Source: Candidatus Poribacteria bacterium (GTDB lineage: Bacteria; Poribacteria; WGA-4E; UBA9662). Taken from it: a DNA stretch of 64,000 nucleotides. The stretch is taken from assembly GCA_036339735.1 (NCBI GenBank), contig JAYZAL010000047.1, forward strand, positions 1-64,000, written 5' to 3'. The notes beneath the pieces are model-generated. The model worked only from the letters and a program-made list of their open reading frames with translations. It had not been told where the DNA came from and made no database searches. Below, one piece after another: positions 59,417 to 64,000 of this stretch. Numbering within the stretch: the first letter of the stretch is position 1; each line of letters opens with the position of its first letter. The position numbers and the translations under genes were made by a program.

Positions 59417-60880
59417 ATGTCCTTGTGTTCACAAACTGCTCACCAATTACATACCCAACTTAAAAATCGCAATGTTACAGCGACTCAGATATTAGCTGAC
59501 GTCTACGATCGTATCAAGCAAGTGGAAGACCAAATCGGTGGTTATATTACGTTAGCAGAAGAGACGGCCTTTGAAGCCGCGGGCATAATTGATCAACGTT
59601 TGCAAAATGGAGAAGATCTGCCTAAGTTATCCGGTATCCCAGTTGCTATCAAGGATGTGATTTGCACTAAGGGAATTCGAACAACTTGTGCGTCCAAAAT
59701 TTTGGCTAACTTTATCCCTCCTTATGATGCAACAGTCATTAAAAAATTGAAAAAACAAGGTGCCGTTATAGTCGGAAAGACTAATATGGACGAATTTGCC
59801 ATGGGGTCATCGACAGAAAATTCTGCTTATCAACTAACACGTAACCCTTGGAATACCAGTACTACTCCCGGAGGATCAAGTGGAGGATCAGCTGCTGTTG
59901 TTTCCGCCGATACTGCTATTCTATCGCTGGGTTCTGATACAGGCGGTTCAATTCGTCAACCAGCATCCTTTTGTGGTAACGTTGGCCTAAAACCAACTTA
60001 TGGAAGAGTTTCCCGGTTCGGTTTAATTGCTTTTGCCTCTTCTTTGGATCAGATAGGTCCTTTCACAAAAGATGTTCGCGACTCAGCTATAGCCATGAAC
60101 GCGATTTGTGGGTATGATCCGATGGATTCGACTTCTGCAAAATTCGATGTCCCTAACTTTGAGGACAGTTTAATAAATGATATTGAAGGTCTAAAAATTG
60201 GTTTGCCAGATGAATACTTCTTGGATGGTATTAGCCAAGAAGTAGAAACGTCTGTACGAGAAGCCATCTCACAATTGGAAAACTTGGGCGCAACCATTCA
60301 CCGAATCTCAATGCCGCATACAGAATATGCGATTGCCACATACTACATTATTGCACCTGCCGAAGCCAGTGCTAATTTAGCTCGCTATGATGGAGTTCGT
60401 TTTGGTTATAGAGCGGCAGAAACCAACAACTTAGAGAGTATGTATAAGTTGTCTCGGAGCCAAGGTTTTGGGCCAGAAGTCAAAAGAAGAATTCTTTTGG
60501 GTACTTACTCGCTCAGTTCTGGTTACTATGACGCTTATTACCTAAAAGCCCAGAAAGTTCGAACACTGATCAAGAAAGACTTTGACGAAGCTTTCGAGAC
60601 CGTGGATGTGATTGTTACACCGACTTCGCCTACTGCGGCATTTGAATTTGGCGCACGAACCGACGATCCCTTACAGATGTACTTGTCTGATATTTTTACA
60701 GCGCCTTCAAGTCTAGCTGGTATTCCTGGAATTTCGGTACCTTGTGGTGTTACCAAAGATCGTCTGCCGATCGGCTTGCAATTTTTGGCTCCGCCTTTCG
60801 GTGAGGAAACACTGCTCAGAGTAGCATATACATTCGAGCAGAACACCGACCACCACAGACAAAAGCCAAAACTTAATTAA
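59417..60880 (+). CDS. gatA: Asp/Glu-tRNA amidotransferase subunit A; start reassigned to 59417
   Basis: [67 protein letters not shown]. Confidence 0.97.
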   Translation: MSLCSQTAHQLHTQLKNRNVTATQILADVYDRIKQVEDQIGGYITLAEETAFEAAGIIDQRLQNGEDLPKLSGIPVAIKDVICTKGIRTTCASKILANFIPPYDATVIKKLKKQGAVIVGKTNMDEFAMGSSTENSAYQLTRNPWNTSTTPGGSSGGSAAVVSADTAILSLGSDTGGSIRQPASFCGNVGLKPTYGRVSRFGLIAFASSLDQIGPFTKDVRDSAIAMNAICGYDPMDSTSAKFDVPNFEDSLINDIEGLKIGLPDEYFLDGISQEVETSVREAISQLENLGATIHRISMPHTEYAIATYYIIAPAEASANLARYDGVRFGYRAAETNNLESMYKLSRSQGFGPEVKRRILLGTYSLSSGYYDAYYLKAQKVRTLIKKDFDEAFETVDVIVTPTSPTAAFEFGARTDDPLQMYLSDIFTAPSSLAGIPGISVPCGVTKDRLPIGLQFLAPPFGEETLLRVAYTFEQNTDHHRQKPKLN

Positions 60881-60882
60881 CC

Positions 60883-61371
60883 TTGACTGTTGAGCATTCT
60901 AACACCGCTTCTACGACACGATGGTTACCTGCTGTTGCAGCTAGTCTGATCGGAGCGGTTTTCGGCGGTTTAGCATGGGCTTATGTGGTTAATGCAATTG
61001 GATTTGTTTATGGGTTTTTGAGTATCCCGATTGGCTTTCTCGTCGGCTTTTGTTTGTTATTCTTGGGAAAATCTCCCCCGATTTCCCTAAGGCAAAAAGT
61101 ACTATACTACGCAATTGGACCAGTCAGTACACTAGTTGGTATTGCAACAGGCAAAATACTAGATATTAAATGGCGGGTGATGACAGAATTGGCTGATAAT
61201 TCATCGGTTACTTTCGACTTTTGGTTAGCTGTAAAACAATCAATATTGCCTCACGATTTGTTTTTCTTTTTGGCGGCCTGTTACTTTTCCTATCGGATCC
61301 CCTCTAGCCGCATATGGCAAAGCCTCGTGCAAAAAAAGGAATTTAGTTCGAATGATATTAACACCCTCTAA
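60883..61371 (+). CDS. Small membrane protein with about 4 TMs
   Basis: Gly/Ala-rich hydrophobic helices; sits tightly between gatA and the S41 gene. Confidence 0.7.
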   Translation: MTVEHSNTASTTRWLPAVAASLIGAVFGGLAWAYVVNAIGFVYGFLSIPIGFLVGFCLLFLGKSPPISLRQKVLYYAIGPVSTLVGIATGKILDIKWRVMTELADNSSVTFDFWLAVKQSILPHDLFFFLAACYFSYRIPSSRIWQSLVQKKEFSSNDINTL

Positions 61372-62803
61372 CTCGAGTAGACTAGTTCACAGTTTACTTA
61401 TTCTTCTGTTCTTTATTGGTTTAATTTCAGTAAGTTGGTCGGACGTGGATACAGGATCGAATGATGAGCTATTAGAAAATTTGTCGCTGTTTACTGAAGT
61501 ATTAGCCCGAATTCAGCAAGAGCATGTCGAAACACCTCAGGCTAAAAAGCTAATGTATGGGGCAATTACGGGTATGTTACGCACACTGGATCCATATAGC
61601 CAATTTTTTGACCCAGAAGCCTATAAAGAATTTCGAACACAAACACACGGCACCTATGGTGGACTCGGTATGGAGATTGGTCTTAGGAATAGCCGGTTAA
61701 CTGTGATTTCTCCTTTCAAGGGAACCCCCGCCTATCAAGCAGGTCTACAAACAGACGATTTTATCAGTCTGATTGATAATCAGCCGACAACCAATATGAC
61801 TGCTCATGATGCAGCAAAAAAGATGCGAGGTGAACCTGGGACACCGGTGACATTAACCATCATCCGTGAGGGAGACAATGAACCAATTGAAGTAACGATT
61901 ATACGAGATGTGATTCGTATTCAGAGTATCGAATCAAAAGTGTTGAACCAGAAGATTGGTTATATTCGTATTAATCAGTTTCGTGATACAACAGCTTTAG
62001 ATGTTGAAAAAACTTTTGATAAATTTGCTCAAGAAGAAATTGAAGGGCTAATTTTGGACCTCCGCTCTAACCCAGGAGGCCTTCTTCGATCTGCAGTTGA
62101 TATCGCCAGCTCTTTCTTACCTCCGAACAAACTCATTGTTTATACCAAAGGTAAACGCCCAAGAGAAGATCACTTGACTATTGAGGGTAAAGGAAAGCCT
62201 TTAGCGAAAAATCTTCCCCTAATAGTACTTGTTAATCGTGGTAGTGCGAGTGCTTCTGAAATTGTGGCTGCAGCTATCAAAGACCACCAGCGCGGCTTAA
62301 TCTTAGGTGAACGAACTTTCGGGAAAGCATCTGTTCAGCAAATTTTCCCTTTGGGTAATGATGCTGCTGTTAAGTTGACTGTGGCTCATTACTACAGTCC
62401 AAAGGGGATGGATATACATAAAGTTGGTATTACCCCTAATTTGGAGGATCCTTGGTTTAGTCGGACCGAAACTCAGATGTTGAGTCAACTAGTAAACCAT
62501 CAAAGTATAAATGACTTTTTGAAAAATAATGGAGACGACATTCTGTCTCAAATTGAGAAGGCCGAATCAGCCGACCGAGAAGACTATGAATCGGCTGGTC
62601 TGCTACGAAAGTATCGTCGATTTGCTGATAGCTTGTCCAAAAAAGAGAAAATCGTTTTAAGTGATTCGGCGTTGAAATATGCACTCGCTCGCGAGACTGA
62701 AAACAAAATCGATGATTACGAGTATGATCCACAAATTGCTTCGGCCATGCGACAACTTGGTCTAATGATTGATAACAGTCATATAGAAGGAATAGAAAAC
62801 TAA
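61352..62803 (+). CDS. ctpA: S41A C-terminal processing protease (PDZ + Tsp domain)
   Basis: LDPYS, GGLG PDZ, LDLRSNPGG, SASASEIV, TFGK, YYSPKG..I...GI.P. Confidence 0.9.
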   Translation: MILTPSNSSRLVHSLLILLFFIGLISVSWSDVDTGSNDELLENLSLFTEVLARIQQEHVETPQAKKLMYGAITGMLRTLDPYSQFFDPEAYKEFRTQTHGTYGGLGMEIGLRNSRLTVISPFKGTPAYQAGLQTDDFISLIDNQPTTNMTAHDAAKKMRGEPGTPVTLTIIREGDNEPIEVTIIRDVIRIQSIESKVLNQKIGYIRINQFRDTTALDVEKTFDKFAQEEIEGLILDLRSNPGGLLRSAVDIASSFLPPNKLIVYTKGKRPREDHLTIEGKGKPLAKNLPLIVLVNRGSASASEIVAAAIKDHQRGLILGERTFGKASVQQIFPLGNDAAVKLTVAHYYSPKGMDIHKVGITPNLEDPWFSRTETQMLSQLVNHQSINDFLKNNGDDILSQIEKAESADREDYESAGLLRKYRRFADSLSKKEKIVLSDSALKYALARETENKIDDYEYDPQIASAMRQLGLMIDNSHIEGIEN

Positions 62804-62886
62804 GCCAAAATTCACTAAATATACTCAAGCACAGGTTATAAAGTCATGTCAGTCTTTTTAGCACTGGTGCACTATAAGGAGGAACT

Positions 62887-63864
62887 ATGGAAAATCCAGT
62901 TGTTTACTTAGGTACAATCGGTCAAGGTATTTGGAAAAGTACCGACGGTGGTGACACATGGAATCGGCAAGCAAATGGATTGTTCGCAGAGGCTGATATT
63001 CGAGCGATAGCAGTCCGGCCGGATAATACAAATATCCTTTTCGCTGGTACCGAAAAAGGATTATATCGTTCCGATTCAGCCGGACAAAGTTGGTATCAAG
63101 TCGATTCTCCAATGAATGACCATCAAATATGGTCGATGGCTATTGATCCATCAAATCCCGATACCCTTTACGTTGGTACTTGTCCATCTGACTTGTTTAA
63201 GTCAGATGATAATGGAGAGAATTGGCACAAACTGAGTGTAGAGTTAGCTGATGAGTGTGCTGGAGGTGCTATCGTACCAAGGGTCACTACTATCAAGATT
63301 GATCCTGATGATGTAAACACTATTTATGCAGGAATTGAAATCGATGGTTTTCGACACAGCACAGATGGAGGCAAAACCTGGGCTACCATAAACGAAGGAT
63401 TGAGTAGTCTGGATATTCATGGCATTGCCGTCATTCCAGGTTCCCCAAAAACTCTGGTTGTGGCTACCAATAATGATGTCTGCATAACGCAAGATTTAAA
63501 AACCTGGCTTCCGTTATCCGTAAAAGACCACTATCCATGGCCTTATGCGCGCGCGGCGGACTACATCCAATCTTCGGTTAATGATGAAGGACGTCTGTTT
63601 ATAGGTGCAGGTAATGGACCTCCAGGGAACCAAGGTGGAATCTTCATTTCTTCTGATAATTGCAAATCATGGACTCGTGCTGACCTTGGACATACTGCCA
63701 ACAGTACTATCTGGAATTTCGCTTATAGAAAATCAGTACCAGGTTGGGTTATGGCTTACAGCATTAGCGGTCAACTTTTCCGTAGTACCGATAATGGAGA
63801 CAGTTGGGAAAAATTAGACCGAGAATTTGGTGAAGTGCGTGGGCTAGAAATAGTTCCAGCCTGA
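62887..63864 (+). CDS. BNR/Asp-box beta-propeller protein
   Basis: Repeated S.D.G..W (STDGGDTW, SDDNGENW, STDGGKTW, STDNGDSW); AAGGAGG RBS. Confidence 0.88.
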   Translation: MENPVVYLGTIGQGIWKSTDGGDTWNRQANGLFAEADIRAIAVRPDNTNILFAGTEKGLYRSDSAGQSWYQVDSPMNDHQIWSMAIDPSNPDTLYVGTCPSDLFKSDDNGENWHKLSVELADECAGGAIVPRVTTIKIDPDDVNTIYAGIEIDGFRHSTDGGKTWATINEGLSSLDIHGIAVIPGSPKTLVVATNNDVCITQDLKTWLPLSVKDHYPWPYARAADYIQSSVNDEGRLFIGAGNGPPGNQGGIFISSDNCKSWTRADLGHTANSTIWNFAYRKSVPGWVMAYSISGQLFRSTDNGDSWEKLDREFGEVRGLEIVPA

Positions 63865-63876
63865 ATGATCTAAGCC

Positions 63877-64000
63877 GTGAGTAATTCGTTAAACTTAACA
63901 ATTTCCAGCAGTGAATATTCAAGGTTAGAGATTCGTTGGCACGCGGAAAGAGGTGTTGCAGACCTATTATTGTATGCAGGTGCGGGTAGTATGTCCTTGA
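63877..64000 (+). CDS. 5' part of a CDS running off the window, weakly resembling the PrmA N-terminus
   Basis: Open frame from GTG 63877: ..EYSRLEIRWHAERGVADLLLYAGAGSMSL. Confidence 0.4.
   Translation, partial: MSNSLNLTISSSEYSRLEIRWHAERGVADLLLYAGAGSMSL

Noticed and set aside
1..64000. tRNA, rRNA, IS elements, prophage, and the many short ORFs nested in long genes
   Set aside because: No cloverleaf/T-loop, rRNA, transposase, integrase or phage gene cluster recognised; nested ORFs are alternate-frame artefacts

Overview
Bacterial chromosomal window, moderately AT-rich by eye and gene-dense, with about 55 supportable CDSs. I saw no rRNA, tRNA, CRISPR array, integrase or transposase. Housekeeping genes (lepA-lepB, pyrF, nth, gatA, thrC-like, ctpA-like) are mixed with many stand-alone catabolic enzymes: four PhyH-type Fe(II)/2OG dioxygenases, two Cys-type sulfatases, an FGE-domain protein, alpha/beta hydrolases, TIM-barrel isomerases, an aldolase, an FAH protein and a gluconolactonase. 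That mix, with a FlgD-Ig-tailed secreted peptidase, TPR/HEAT proteins and a lone flagellin, suggests a marine heterotroph such as Ca. Poribacteria (inference, not tested). Best leads: (1) a cysK-like/APS reductase/ubiquitin-like sulfur carrier/JAMM protease cluster whose carrier ends GG-S and so needs trimming; (2) a PhyH paralogue with HxG instead of HxD, the signature of Fe/2OG halogenases; (3) a split pentapeptide-repeat protein carrying a phage-virion-like beta domain and a MinD-like tail, upstream of a Zrg-like DUF3299/ABC module; (4) a small unknown protein + PhyH + EamA module with a repeated operator-like octamer; (5) a solitary flagellin with a sigma28-like promoter and a roughly 95-nt rod-shaped RNA hairpin downstream; (6) several decayed gene relics. 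All family assignments come from motif recognition by eye; no database searches were run.
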